From: Candidatus Berkelbacteria bacterium
GTDB lineage: Bacteria > Patescibacteriota > UBA1384 > 2-12-FULL-50-11
DNA: 64,000 bases
Assembly: GCA_016213365.1 (NCBI GenBank)
Contig: JACRAP010000023.1
Location: forward strand, 15,871-79,870
Direction: 5' to 3'
The position numbers and the translations under genes are program-made. Below, one piece after another: positions 27,665 to 38,041 of the stretch; position 1 is the first letter of the stretch, and each line of letters begins with the position of its first letter. Under the pieces are notes generated by a model. That model was given only the letters and a program-made list of their open reading frames with translations. It did no database searches and was not told where the DNA came from.

Positions 27665-28276
27665 ATGGAATTATTAATTGGCATAATTATTGCTTTAATC
27701 GTTTTAGTGAGTTTATCAATTCACGAGTACGCTCATGCGTTAGTTGCAAGTTTGTTTGGCGACGACACCGCCAAACATGCCGGTAGGTTAACCCTAAACC
27801 CGATCGCGCATTGGGATAACGTTGGGACTACCTTGCTTGTTGGGCTAATTATTTTACGATCATTGGGTTTAGCGCTACCCGTTTTTGGCTGGGGAAAACC
27901 GGTACCGATCGACGAGGGAAAATTTGAGAATCCACGTTGGAGCAGTTTTAACGTTGCGATCGCTGGTCCGATGAGTAATTTTGTAATCGCTTTTATACTT
28001 GCCGTTATTTACAAACTTACCGATGGCGGTACGTTTATTGACTCTATATTAATCTTAAGTGTGAATTTAAATGTCTTTTTGGGCTTATTTAATTTGTTAC
28101 CGATCGCGCCGCTTGATGGCTCGAAATTATTACGGCTTTTTATTCCGGAAGAACTCTACATAAATCTTCACACTAACCCCCTACTATTTTACGGAATGAT
28201 TTTGCTGGTTTTTTGGTTTTTACTTACCCCGTTACAAATTTTTGCCCAAAACATCAGTCAGTTTTTGCTTGGTTAA
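27665..28276 (+). CDS. site-2 protease (M50)
   Basis: HEYAH, AGPMSN, FNLLPIAPLDG. Confidence 0.93.
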   Translation: MELLIGIIIALIVLVSLSIHEYAHALVASLFGDDTAKHAGRLTLNPIAHWDNVGTTLLVGLIILRSLGLALPVFGWGKPVPIDEGKFENPRWSSFNVAIAGPMSNFVIAFILAVIYKLTDGGTFIDSILILSVNLNVFLGLFNLLPIAPLDGSKLLRLFIPEELYINLHTNPLLFYGMILLVFWFLLTPLQIFAQNISQFLLG

Positions 28277-28682
28277 ATTTAAGAAAAGCGCGAAGGCGAA
28301 TTTTATGATGAGAAATAACCTTTGGGTGCGATAAGTAATCGTTAATTTCCATAAACTTCCAACATTGTCCTTCGTTACCGAGTTTAATTTCTTTTACTTG
28401 CTGATCGGTTAAATTAAGAGCATATAACTGAGTTGTTTTACCGGGATTTACATCAGAAATAACTTCTAATTGCCAAATCACATCTCGTTCAAATATTTTT
28501 ACATTTACCTCTTCCATCACTTCTCGCTCTAAACATTCAAAAGGCGTCTCGCCTTCCTCGCGCCTTCCGCCAGGTATATCCCACATATCCGGGAAGTTAA
28601 TTTCAGGATTGTTATCGCGCAGTACTGTAAGGATTTTATCGTTATATAATAGAAAAGCTTTCGCGCCCCGTATTTTATCCAT
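28254..28682 (-). CDS. NUDIX hydrolase
   Basis: Nudix box GGRREEGETPFECLEREVMEE. Confidence 0.93.
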   Translation of the reverse strand: MDKIRGAKAFLLYNDKILTVLRDNNPEINFPDMWDIPGGRREEGETPFECLEREVMEEVNVKIFERDVIWQLEVISDVNPGKTTQLYALNLTDQQVKEIKLGNEGQCWKFMEINDYLSHPKVISHHKIRLRAFLKFNQAKTD

Positions 28683-28740
28683 TAGTTATAAAAGAATAGC
28701 TTGCTTTTGCGTTTGCTTCAAGGTATACAAAACTGGAAGC

Positions 28741-30567
28741 ATGATAACAAAACCGACGATAATACAACTCGGTTATAAAAATAAACCCCAAGATCGGTTT
28801 ACTGCAACTTTTGTAAACTCAACGCTTGTGCTTGGTAAAGAGGTGCAACTAATTTCGATAGTGGAGATTAAGAATGCTTATCACCCTGCCCGTACCAGCG
28901 GTATGGAAATAGTGCAATCGTTTAGCCGATATTTTATTCGTAGCACTCATCAAAGTACGCTTACAAAATTTGAGGACGCTCTTAAAGGTTGCAACACGAT
29001 AATCGAATCGGCGATAAAAACTTTAGATTCCCCGATCAACTGCGCAGTTCTCGCAATTTCTGGTAACGACGTTTACTTATCGACACTCGGTAACGCCAAG
29101 ATCTATTTGCGACGAGACGGACGCTTAAACCAAGTCAGCGCTCGAATTCAAGAAGCCGAACACGGTCAGTTCGCGTCGGTTACAAACGGAGAAATCATTA
29201 AGGGCGATTGGGTTTTTATGGCTAATGAAGAATTGGTGAATTACCTTCAAGAATTCGAGCAGGACTTGCCAGACGACGCGATCGTGCTTGAAAATCAAAT
29301 CAAAAATTTCTACGCTAAATTTCCAGAAACTAACTTTTGTGGCATCTTAATTAACGTAGAGCCAGATCACCCGTTTCAAATCACGCTTTATTTAGACGAG
29401 GTCGATAAGAAAATACCGATAACTTTACCAAAAATTAATATACCCGCCATTGAAGTGCCAAAATTAAATTTTTCAAAATTTAGTACTTTTTTTGCGATGT
29501 TATTGAAAAAATTTAAGAAAAATTCAGTAATTAACGAAGAAGAGCCAAAAATTAGAAAATTTCCAAAATTTCCTAAAATAAAAAATATAAAAATTATCGG
29601 CGCAGTTGCGGTACTGTTGTTTGTAATAATATTTTTCTTCCGCTTGCCAAATAATAATCAAAACAATACCAGCGACCAAAAAGCTAATCTTTTAGTTAGC
29701 GCAATAAACCAAACACCGGTTAAGATAACCGACATTATTACGAATTTAAACGAAGTAAATTATAACGCGCTAACGGAAGATGAGCGCTTACAGTTAGTAA
29801 TGCATTTAAAAACGAACAATCTAACATTTATCTCCCCAGCAAATATAATCAATAAATTTGACTCGGATATTGTATCGGTTGATGCTTTCGATGATTTGAT
29901 AATTGTTGTTGATAAAGAGAACAATATCTGGAAAATTACTGATAAAACTCCTGAAAAAATCGAGCATAAAAAAACCATTGTGGATATTAAATCAGCAACT
30001 GTTATCTATAATGACTTAGTAATTATTAGTACCAGCACAAATAAATATTGGAAGATAATTTTATCTGAAAACTCTGCAAATGAAATTCCAATCAGTGATG
30101 CCCTATCGGGTGCTCAGTTAATTTTTGAAACCTATAATAATAATCTTTACGCCTACAATCCCAAAAACAACACCGTATTTAGGGCGTTAAACTTTAACGG
30201 TGATTTAAAAAAGTTTGCCCCCTACACGAAAGTTGGCGTGTTAAAAAACAGCAACGTTACTGATATCGCAATTAACGGCGATATAATTTCCGTTTCAAAT
30301 ATTGGGTCGATGGAACGATTTGTACGAAATATCCCCAGACAATTCGTTAAACGAAACGATCCAACTAGCGAAAATCATCTGGTGGCATTAATCCCACTTA
30401 TTTATCGCGCCCAAAATAACGAGATAAGTACATATAACGACAAAACCCTAAAACAAGATCCTGATAAATATATAACTTATAGCGAAGATAAAATTACTAG
30501 TTTATCGCTAATAAATAACCGTTTGTTATTTTCGATTGGTAAAAATTTATACGAAATTAATCTTTAA
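28741..30567 (+). CDS. membrane protein: PP2C-like N-domain, TM helix, beta-rich external domain
   Basis: LSTLGNAKIYLRRDGRL and GEIIKGDWVFMAN resemble the PP2C fold; one TM helix; Asn-rich C-terminus. Confidence 0.65.
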   Translation: MITKPTIIQLGYKNKPQDRFTATFVNSTLVLGKEVQLISIVEIKNAYHPARTSGMEIVQSFSRYFIRSTHQSTLTKFEDALKGCNTIIESAIKTLDSPINCAVLAISGNDVYLSTLGNAKIYLRRDGRLNQVSARIQEAEHGQFASVTNGEIIKGDWVFMANEELVNYLQEFEQDLPDDAIVLENQIKNFYAKFPETNFCGILINVEPDHPFQITLYLDEVDKKIPITLPKINIPAIEVPKLNFSKFSTFFAMLLKKFKKNSVINEEEPKIRKFPKFPKIKNIKIIGAVAVLLFVIIFFFRLPNNNQNNTSDQKANLLVSAINQTPVKITDIITNLNEVNYNALTEDERLQLVMHLKTNNLTFISPANIINKFDSDIVSVDAFDDLIIVVDKENNIWKITDKTPEKIEHKKTIVDIKSATVIYNDLVIISTSTNKYWKIILSENSANEIPISDALSGAQLIFETYNNNLYAYNPKNNTVFRALNFNGDLKKFAPYTKVGVLKNSNVTDIAINGDIISVSNIGSMERFVRNIPRQFVKRNDPTSENHLVALIPLIYRAQNNEISTYNDKTLKQDPDKYITYSEDKITSLSLINNRLLFSIGKNLYEINL

Positions 30568-32164
30568 CCATTCTTGACGGCGCTGAAATACCGATTAAAT
30601 CGAGGGTTTTTTTAATGGTTAAACTGGTTGCTTTTAGAATTGTTAAACGCGACTGAGCGATCTCGTTATCTTCACCTTGTACCCGAAGCTGTTCGTAAAA
30701 CGCGTGCAAATCTGAAGCGAGTGCGTAAGCGTAATGCGTTAGTTTATGCACCTGCAAATCGCCGGCGATCTCCTCTACCAAATCTGGGAACTGAATTATG
30801 CGCAAGAGTAGTTGTTTTTCAAGCGGATGAGAAATGGTAATTTTATCTGGAATTACAAACTCGTCTTCTTTAGTAAACTGCCTAAAAATCGAGGAGATTC
30901 GTGCGTAAGCGTACTGAATATAAAAAACTGGGTTTTGGCTCGTTGCCGCTTTAGCTAGATCGATATCAAAATCGATTTGAGTATCAACCGATTTACTAAG
31001 GAAAAAGAATCGGGTTACGTCGCTACCCACCTCATCTATTAATTCGTCTAGCGGTACGTAACTACCAGTACGTTTTGACATCTTTATTTCTTTACCATCT
31101 TTAAACAAACGGACGATTTGGTGCAAAACAAAATCCATTTTACCGCCCCACATAAATTGATCTCTTAGTGCGCCTTCGATGATTTGATTTAAAGTTTTAG
31201 CTTCGGCGGCGTGATCAGCACCAAGCTCGGTAATTAATCTGTGATAACCGCGTTCGATTTTATAACTATGGTAGGCGATATCACTGGCAAGATAGGTTTG
31301 TTCGCCGTCAGTTTTAACTAGTACCCGGTCTTTGTCGTCGCCGTAACGAGTTGTACTTATCCAAGTTGCGCCGTCGGCGTCGTATATTAACCCTTTAAGT
31401 TTTAATTGCTCAATCGTTCTTTTATAAACTCCGGTTTGATATAGCGACTTTTCGGAAAAATATTGATCGAAATTTATACCGATATTTCGTAGCACCGGCT
31501 TTATCATCTCTTCTAAAATTATTGCTACCGCTTGTTCGCCGGCGGCGCGAGCGTCTTTTTCTTTTACGCGTTTTTTAATTTCGTCTAAATATTTGCCTGC
31601 GTATTGCTCGCCAGCGCCGATAATAGTTTTACCGAGTTCATCAACCTGATTACCGCGATCGTTAATATAACACTCTCGCATTACGGTGCAGCCGTACTGC
31701 TCTAGTACTTTTGCGATCGCCTCGCCCACAAATGCGCCGCGGCCGTTAGCGAGCGTTAGCGGACCGGTTGGATTTGGCGAAACGTACTCAACCAAAACTC
31801 GAATTTCTTTACCAAGATCGCTTTTACCGAACTTATCTGGCTTAGCGATAATCTCACGAAGCACCGTTAATAAATGCTCTGGACGGATAACGAAGTTTAT
31901 AAACCCTGGGGTCGTAACAGAAACGGAATGGAAAATCGGACTTTGCTCGAGCTCGTGAACCAGTTTTTGAGCAAGCAAGACTGGGCTGGTGTTTAAATCT
32001 TTTGCGGCAACCATGGCGACATTTGTCGAGAAATCACCGAACATCTTTTGTTTTGACGGTTCAACAACAAAAATCGGCGGTTCGCTGTCGAACGCTTTTT
32101 TATACGAACTACGAATTGCCTGATGTAATTGACCTAAAATCATCGAATAAGAATTAGCGGACAA
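30557..32164 (-). CDS. argS: arginine--tRNA ligase
   Basis: FGDFSTN, EYVSPNPTGPL, KMSKRTG, NPVFYIQYAYAR. Confidence 0.97.
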   Translation of the reverse strand: MSANSYSMILGQLHQAIRSSYKKAFDSEPPIFVVEPSKQKMFGDFSTNVAMVAAKDLNTSPVLLAQKLVHELEQSPIFHSVSVTTPGFINFVIRPEHLLTVLREIIAKPDKFGKSDLGKEIRVLVEYVSPNPTGPLTLANGRGAFVGEAIAKVLEQYGCTVMRECYINDRGNQVDELGKTIIGAGEQYAGKYLDEIKKRVKEKDARAAGEQAVAIILEEMIKPVLRNIGINFDQYFSEKSLYQTGVYKRTIEQLKLKGLIYDADGATWISTTRYGDDKDRVLVKTDGEQTYLASDIAYHSYKIERGYHRLITELGADHAAEAKTLNQIIEGALRDQFMWGGKMDFVLHQIVRLFKDGKEIKMSKRTGSYVPLDELIDEVGSDVTRFFFLSKSVDTQIDFDIDLAKAATSQNPVFYIQYAYARISSIFRQFTKEDEFVIPDKITISHPLEKQLLLRIIQFPDLVEEIAGDLQVHKLTHYAYALASDLHAFYEQLRVQGEDNEIAQSRLTILKATSLTIKKTLDLIGISAPSRMVKD

Positions 32165-32193
32165 GTAAATACTACTAAAAAATTTACCCTTTG

Positions 32194-32727
32194 TTAATTA
32201 CCGGTAACGAAATACTCTCCTAAATCGCTATTCGTACAACCCACCTGTGATCCGCCAAAACTTACCGTCCAAATATTATTCTGTCTAGCACATTCTGCCT
32301 TGATGGTATTAGTTACATTTTCCAATTTCGTGCGCAGGCGATAATGTTTTCTATCGCTGGTTAAATTGTACTCGTAGGTATCTGTTGATTTGGGCGGCGA
32401 AGGAATGGTTGGTAAGTATTGGCTAAACGGATTACAGTCGGTTGAAGTTTTAGTTTTAAGAGAACTGACATTTAGCCAAGTTTTTGTGGCATTCGGACTT
32501 TCATCAGTAATCGGGTAAATACCAATTGTTAACGGGTCTGAACAAGTCCTGTCTAACTTTCTTGCTTCAAAGGCCTGGCCGATCGCGTAAAGGTCGGTTT
32601 TTCTTTTGCCATCGCGAGCATTTCTTTGAGCGCGCAGGGTTGAAACTGTAATTAGCGTTGCCAAAATCCCGATAATGCCGATTACCGCCATCGATTCAAT
32701 TAAAGTAAAAGCTCTACTTTTTGTCAT
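32194..32727 (-). CDS. orphan type IV pilin / GspG-like protein
   Basis: RA|FTLIE signal; ARDGKRKTDL. Confidence 0.85.
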   Translation of the reverse strand: MTKSRAFTLIESMAVIGIIGILATLITVSTLRAQRNARDGKRKTDLYAIGQAFEARKLDRTCSDPLTIGIYPITDESPNATKTWLNVSSLKTKTSTDCNPFSQYLPTIPSPPKSTDTYEYNLTSDRKHYRLRTKLENVTNTIKAECARQNNIWTVSFGGSQVGCTNSDLGEYFVTGN

Positions 32728-33884
32728 TCTCCTTTATATACTAGCTTAAAAAAGCGATGCTTGCCTACCTGCAGTTGTGGCGAATCGATAATTTCAACTT
32801 CGTGGAGGTAGTCATCGACCACCTCTGAATTTAACTTGATCGCCCCTTGATCAATTAATCTACGAGCTTCCGAGCTACTGGTGGTAGTGCACCTTGTAAC
32901 TGCTTGAATTAGCGGCACCGAACGTTCTGGAAAAGTTACTTCTCTAATTAGATCCGTAGCAACACTGCCGCCGATACTTGAAAAAGTGTTAGTAAACGAT
33001 GCTTCGGCGGTTTTTGCACTTTCCGTTCCGTGATAAATTTCTACAATTTTTTTTGCCACAAACATTTTACGCTCTTTTGGGTGAGTAATTTCGCTAGGGA
33101 TAATAATCTCGTGACTTTCGGCGTAAGCATCAGTAAGTTCGTCTTTTATGCGCATTAATTTACCGAACATTTGGTTTGGAACTTCGTATAATCCGATGTA
33201 GTTATTTAAACTTTTACTCATTTTTTTAACGCCATCGGTGCCAATTAACGGTTTAACCAATACCAGCGACTGTTCTGGGTAGCCGAGTTTTCGCTGTAAC
33301 TCCCTACCTGTTAGTAAATTTAATCTCTGATCCCAGCCGCCAATTTCTACGTCGGCTTTTAGATGCACCGAATCGATCCCCTGAACCAACGAATACATTA
33401 CTTCGTGTAAGCCGATCGGCTGATTTTCGCTAATTCTTTTTGCGAAATCTTCGCGCTCTATTACTTGTTGGAGCGTTACGTTCATAGTGTATTTGAAGAA
33501 TTCCGACAGCCCCATAGTTTTTAGCCACTGGGAGTTATAAACGATATGAGTTTTCTCTAGATCTATTACTTTTGCCGCCTGTTCAACATAGGTTTGCATA
33601 TTGTGGCGGATTTCTTCGGAAGTTAGAACCGGCCTGGTTTTATTGGCGCCGGCTGGATCACCGATACTGGCGGTAAAATCTCCGATTATTAAAAATGTTT
33701 GATGCCCGGCTTCTTGAAATTGCGCCAATTTTCGTAAAACTACCGCGTGTCCCAAATGTAGGTCTGGACTAGTTGGGTCAACTCCCAGCTTGATATTTAA
33801 CGGTTTGCCGCTTCTAAGTTTCTGCTCAAGCTCTTCTGCATTAATAATCTCTTGGACGTTGCTCTTTAAGATTTTCTCAATCAT
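32724..33884 (-). CDS. tyrS: tyrosine--tRNA ligase
   Basis: GVDPTSPDLHLGH, KMSKS, C-terminal S4 domain. Confidence 0.97.
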   Translation of the reverse strand: MIEKILKSNVQEIINAEELEQKLRSGKPLNIKLGVDPTSPDLHLGHAVVLRKLAQFQEAGHQTFLIIGDFTASIGDPAGANKTRPVLTSEEIRHNMQTYVEQAAKVIDLEKTHIVYNSQWLKTMGLSEFFKYTMNVTLQQVIEREDFAKRISENQPIGLHEVMYSLVQGIDSVHLKADVEIGGWDQRLNLLTGRELQRKLGYPEQSLVLVKPLIGTDGVKKMSKSLNNYIGLYEVPNQMFGKLMRIKDELTDAYAESHEIIIPSEITHPKERKMFVAKKIVEIYHGTESAKTAEASFTNTFSSIGGSVATDLIREVTFPERSVPLIQAVTRCTTTSSSEARRLIDQGAIKLNSEVVDDYLHEVEIIDSPQLQVGKHRFFKLVYKGE

Positions 33885-33921
33885 AGTAATATTATACCCA
33901 TAAATCTGATACAATTATATT

Positions 33922-36753
33922 ATGGTAAGGTTCCCGCGTATTAGCTTTCCATTTTCAAATCCGGTTAGACTAACAAAACTTCGTAACCGTCTTTTTGGAG
34001 TGAAAAAAGTCAGGAAATTCACCCTTAAAAAGCTTGGAAAATGGATCTTGATCTTTATCGGACTATGTATTTTTTCGATAATAATTTTATTTGCTTGGTT
34101 TGCAAAAGACTTACCAACGCCGGGTAAAATTATCACGCTTGCACCAACATCCTCAACTCGTTTATTTGATAGAAACGGCAAACCGCTTTATACAATTTCA
34201 AACGAACAAAAAAGAATTATCGTTGAGTCTAAAGATATCCCGGATGTTGTTAGGCACGCAACAATCGCTATCGAAGATAAGAATTTTTATAACCATATTG
34301 GGATCGATGCTAAAGGCCTTGCAAGGGCGGTAATTTTTGGCGGAAATAGAGGGGGCGGTTCAACAATCACCCAGCAGTACGTTAAAAATGCCGTATTAAA
34401 AGATAATAAGCGCAAAATTGTTCGAAAAGTTAAAGAGGCGATTTTAGCGATAGAGCTCGAGATAATGTACAGCAAGGACGAAATTTTAACGATGTACTTA
34501 AACCAAATCGGTTACGGCGGTAGTATCTACGGAATTGAAGCGGCCGCACAATCATATTTTGGTAAGAGCGCTAAAGAGCTTACGGTTGTTGAAGCCGCCA
34601 CGCTTGCCGCGCTTCCGCAGGCCCCAACAACACTTTCACCGTACGGTACCAACACTGATCGATTAATTGCCAGACGTAATTTAGCGATCGACAATATGGT
34701 CGATCTTGGCTACATCAAAAAAGAAGAGGCCGATACGGCTAAAAAAACAAAATTATCCGTAAAACCAAAAAGGGATTCGATCGTGGCGCCACACTTTGTG
34801 ATGTACGTAAAAGAGTGGTTGATAAAGTTTTTTGCCGAACAGTTGGGTGATGAGCAGCTAGCCGATCAAAAACTTAATCAGGGTGGCTTTAACGTTACAA
34901 CCACGATTGATTTAGATAAACAAAAACTTGCCGAAGAAACGGTCAAAAAATATGCCGATACGCTCTTAAAGAGTACTGGTGCAACAAACGCCGGACTGGT
35001 CGCGATCGATCCAAGGGTCGGCGAGATCCAAGCGATGGTCGGGTCGATTGATTACTTTAACGAAAAGTTCGGCGCGTTTAATATTGCCACCGCCAAGCGA
35101 CAGCCAGGTTCTTCGTTCAAGCCGATTGTTTACGCCGCCTCCTTTAAGGAGGGTTATAACCCCGCAACTACTATCTTTGATGTTAAGACAGACTTTGGCG
35201 GAAATTACGTACCCCAAAACTACGACAGTAAATTTAGGGGTCCGGTTACAATCAGACAAGCCCTGGGTAACTCGCTTAATATTCCTGCTGTAAAAGTTCT
35301 GGCACTTACTGGAAATGAAACAACTTTCAAAACCGTTGAGGATTTGGGAATAACAACCTTAAAAGATAAACAGCGCTACGGACTATCGCTAGTTCTTGGA
35401 GGCGGCGAGGTGATGTTAACTGAAATGGCGCAAGCATATGGAGTGTTTGCGACCAACGGAAAACTTGTGCCAGTAACCCCAATACTTAACATTAAAGAAT
35501 CGGGCGGGAAAGAAATTTATAAACACGAACCGGAAAAACTAGCAAAACAAGTACTTGCGCCGGAGATCGCTTATCAAATTACCGATATTTTAGCAGACGT
35601 TAACGCAAAGCGACCGATGTTTGGAAGATTGCTTGGCAACCTAACCTTACCTGGTCGAGTTGTTGCGGTAAAAACCGGTACTACAAACTCAATCAGAGAT
35701 GCTTGGACAATAGGTTACACCCCACAATTAGTAACCGCTGTTTGGGCGGGTAACAACGACAATACCCCGATGAATCGTGGTGGCGGTTCGGTAGCCGCGG
35801 CGCCAATTTGGGCAGAATATATGAGAAAAGCTCTTGCTGATGTTCCGGCAGAAAGGTTTACAAAGCCAAATGGACTGCAAACAATTTCAGTAGATCGACT
35901 ATCAAATAAATTACCAGTAGAAGGATCGGAAGTTATTAAGGATATTTTCGCTAAGTGGCAGATTCCAAAAGATAAAGATGATTTTCATTTAACTATTAGG
36001 GTATGCAGGGAAAACGGTTTAATCGCCCAAGACGACATCCCAGACGAATTAACAGAAGAAAGAACGTTCTTAAATATTCGATCGGAACGACCAACCGTAC
36101 CGGCATGGGAAGTGCCTGTCCAACAGTGGTTGAAAGAAAATAATTTGATTAATCCCCCACCTAAGGAAAATTGCCAGCTTAATTCACTTAGTCAACCAAC
36201 AGTCACTATTACCTCGCCAACTAGCGGATCTACGGTTTCTGGTACATTTACCATCTCGGCCACCGCAAGCGCAACATCTGGAGTTAAATCAGTAGATTTT
36301 TATATCGACGACACCGCGATCTTTAGCGATAACAACAGTCCGTATCAAACTACTTATAACGCATCTAATTTATCAAACGGTAGTCACACCATTAAAGCGG
36401 TGGTAATTAGTAAAAACGGTTCAACCACAACTACCACAGTAAGCGTTATCTCAACAACTGATTCCCAAGCTCCTGCTGACGTATCAAATTTGCTTGGCAT
36501 ACCAGGACCGGGCGCAAATAAAGTAACCTTAACTTGGGACAATCCAAGTGATACTGACTTTGCTTCGGTAAAAATTTATGTTTATATCGATAGCACAAGT
36601 ACTTTAGTAAAGACTGAAACTGTATTAAGCCCAACAGATAATACAATTATCTCAGGTCTTAATAGTTCTGTAGCGTACAAGTTTTTAGTAAAGTCTGTTG
36701 ACACTTCTTTAAACGAAAGTGGCGGAACTTTCGTAATTCTTACGCCTTTTTGA
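33922..36753 (+). CDS. class A penicillin-binding protein with C-terminal Ig-like and FN3-like domains
   Basis: EDKNFY.H.G, GGSTITQQ, RKVKE, SSFK, SLN, KTGT; beta-sandwich C-terminus. Confidence 0.95.
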   Translation: MVRFPRISFPFSNPVRLTKLRNRLFGVKKVRKFTLKKLGKWILIFIGLCIFSIIILFAWFAKDLPTPGKIITLAPTSSTRLFDRNGKPLYTISNEQKRIIVESKDIPDVVRHATIAIEDKNFYNHIGIDAKGLARAVIFGGNRGGGSTITQQYVKNAVLKDNKRKIVRKVKEAILAIELEIMYSKDEILTMYLNQIGYGGSIYGIEAAAQSYFGKSAKELTVVEAATLAALPQAPTTLSPYGTNTDRLIARRNLAIDNMVDLGYIKKEEADTAKKTKLSVKPKRDSIVAPHFVMYVKEWLIKFFAEQLGDEQLADQKLNQGGFNVTTTIDLDKQKLAEETVKKYADTLLKSTGATNAGLVAIDPRVGEIQAMVGSIDYFNEKFGAFNIATAKRQPGSSFKPIVYAASFKEGYNPATTIFDVKTDFGGNYVPQNYDSKFRGPVTIRQALGNSLNIPAVKVLALTGNETTFKTVEDLGITTLKDKQRYGLSLVLGGGEVMLTEMAQAYGVFATNGKLVPVTPILNIKESGGKEIYKHEPEKLAKQVLAPEIAYQITDILADVNAKRPMFGRLLGNLTLPGRVVAVKTGTTNSIRDAWTIGYTPQLVTAVWAGNNDNTPMNRGGGSVAAAPIWAEYMRKALADVPAERFTKPNGLQTISVDRLSNKLPVEGSEVIKDIFAKWQIPKDKDDFHLTIRVCRENGLIAQDDIPDELTEERTFLNIRSERPTVPAWEVPVQQWLKENNLINPPPKENCQLNSLSQPTVTITSPTSGSTVSGTFTISATASATSGVKSVDFYIDDTAIFSDNNSPYQTTYNASNLSNGSHTIKAVVISKNGSTTTTTVSVISTTDSQAPADVSNLLGIPGPGANKVTLTWDNPSDTDFASVKIYVYIDSTSTLVKTETVLSPTDNTIISGLNSSVAYKFLVKSVDTSLNESGGTFVILTPF

Positions 36754-38041
36754 ATAGATCTGTAAGCGCTTTAACGTTATAAATACCTTTATTACTTACA
36801 TATTTTAATCTTGTTATTTCTTTAACTCTTGTTGCGTGATTTTGCGCCGGACGCACCTCGCCCAGTAACCCAATCTCGCCTATTAAAATTAATTTTTTAC
36901 TCAAGCTTATTTGATAGTAACTAGACAGGATCGCACAAGCGATCGCCAAGTCAGTGCCAGGATCTTTAACGCTAAAACCGCCAACAACATTTACATAAAC
37001 ATCAAACGAGCTTAGCGGCACTTTTAATTGATTTTCCAGTACTGCAAGTAGTAATGTTAATCGATTGACATCAATTCCTTGGGCGGTTCGTTTTGGGAAT
37101 CCGTAAATAGTTTTAGTAACTAACGCTTGGATTTCAATAATAAATGCCCGACTCCCTTCGTTAATTACGCTGAGCGATCTACCGGGTGAGTTTTCATCTA
37201 CTAATTTTAAAAATAAGCTTGCCGGATCCTCAACCTCTACAAAGCCGTTGCTTTGGAGTCGCCAAATCCCGACTTCGTCGGTCGGGCCAAAACGATTTTT
37301 TTCGCCCCTTAACATTCTTAGCCCAGTATTTTTATCGCCCTCAAGGTATAAAACTACATCGACTAAATGCTCTAGTACTCTCGGTCCAGCGACAACACCT
37401 TCTTTGGTAACATGCCCAACGAGCAATATTGCAACGCCCTGCGATTTTGCTAATTGTTGGAGTCGCCAACAGTTCTCTCTAACTTGCGTAACCGACCCTG
37501 GGGTGCCAGCGATGTCTTGATCGTAAACAGTTTGTATTGAATCAATTACTACTAGTTTTGGTTTTTCTTGAATTATTGTTGCGACTACTCTATTTAAGTC
37601 TCTCTCGCTTGAAAGGCGCATCGAACTATTATTAATATTCAATCTTTTCAGTCGTCCTGAAATTTGCTCCAGCGATTCTTCGCTTGAAAAATAAAGCGAA
37701 TCATTTATAGACGAGCAAACTTGAAGTAATATCGTACTTTTACCAACTCCAGGGTTTCCCGCCAGTAATATAATTGAGCCAGTTACAATACCGGGGTCAT
37801 CGCCACCTAACACTCTGTCAAATTCCTTAATGTTAGTTTTTATACGTTCGTGCGTTACTTGGCTAAGCTCGGAGACTTTTTGTAAAGTCACCGCGGTTGC
37901 GTTGTTGTTTTTTTTATTTATTACGTCTAATTGTTCCTCTATTATCGTGTTCCACTCGCCACAAGTTTTACATTTACCGGACCACGACTGGGTAACGGCG
38001 CCGCAATTTGTGCACGAAAATTGGGTAATAGGTTTAGACAT
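36740..38041 (-). CDS. radA: DNA repair protein RadA/Sms
   Basis: C4 zinc finger, GNPGVGKST, KNRFG. Confidence 0.97.
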   Translation of the reverse strand: MSKPITQFSCTNCGAVTQSWSGKCKTCGEWNTIIEEQLDVINKKNNNATAVTLQKVSELSQVTHERIKTNIKEFDRVLGGDDPGIVTGSIILLAGNPGVGKSTILLQVCSSINDSLYFSSEESLEQISGRLKRLNINNSSMRLSSERDLNRVVATIIQEKPKLVVIDSIQTVYDQDIAGTPGSVTQVRENCWRLQQLAKSQGVAILLVGHVTKEGVVAGPRVLEHLVDVVLYLEGDKNTGLRMLRGEKNRFGPTDEVGIWRLQSNGFVEVEDPASLFLKLVDENSPGRSLSVINEGSRAFIIEIQALVTKTIYGFPKRTAQGIDVNRLTLLLAVLENQLKVPLSSFDVYVNVVGGFSVKDPGTDLAIACAILSSYYQISLSKKLILIGEIGLLGEVRPAQNHATRVKEITRLKYVSNKGIYNVKALTDLFKKA

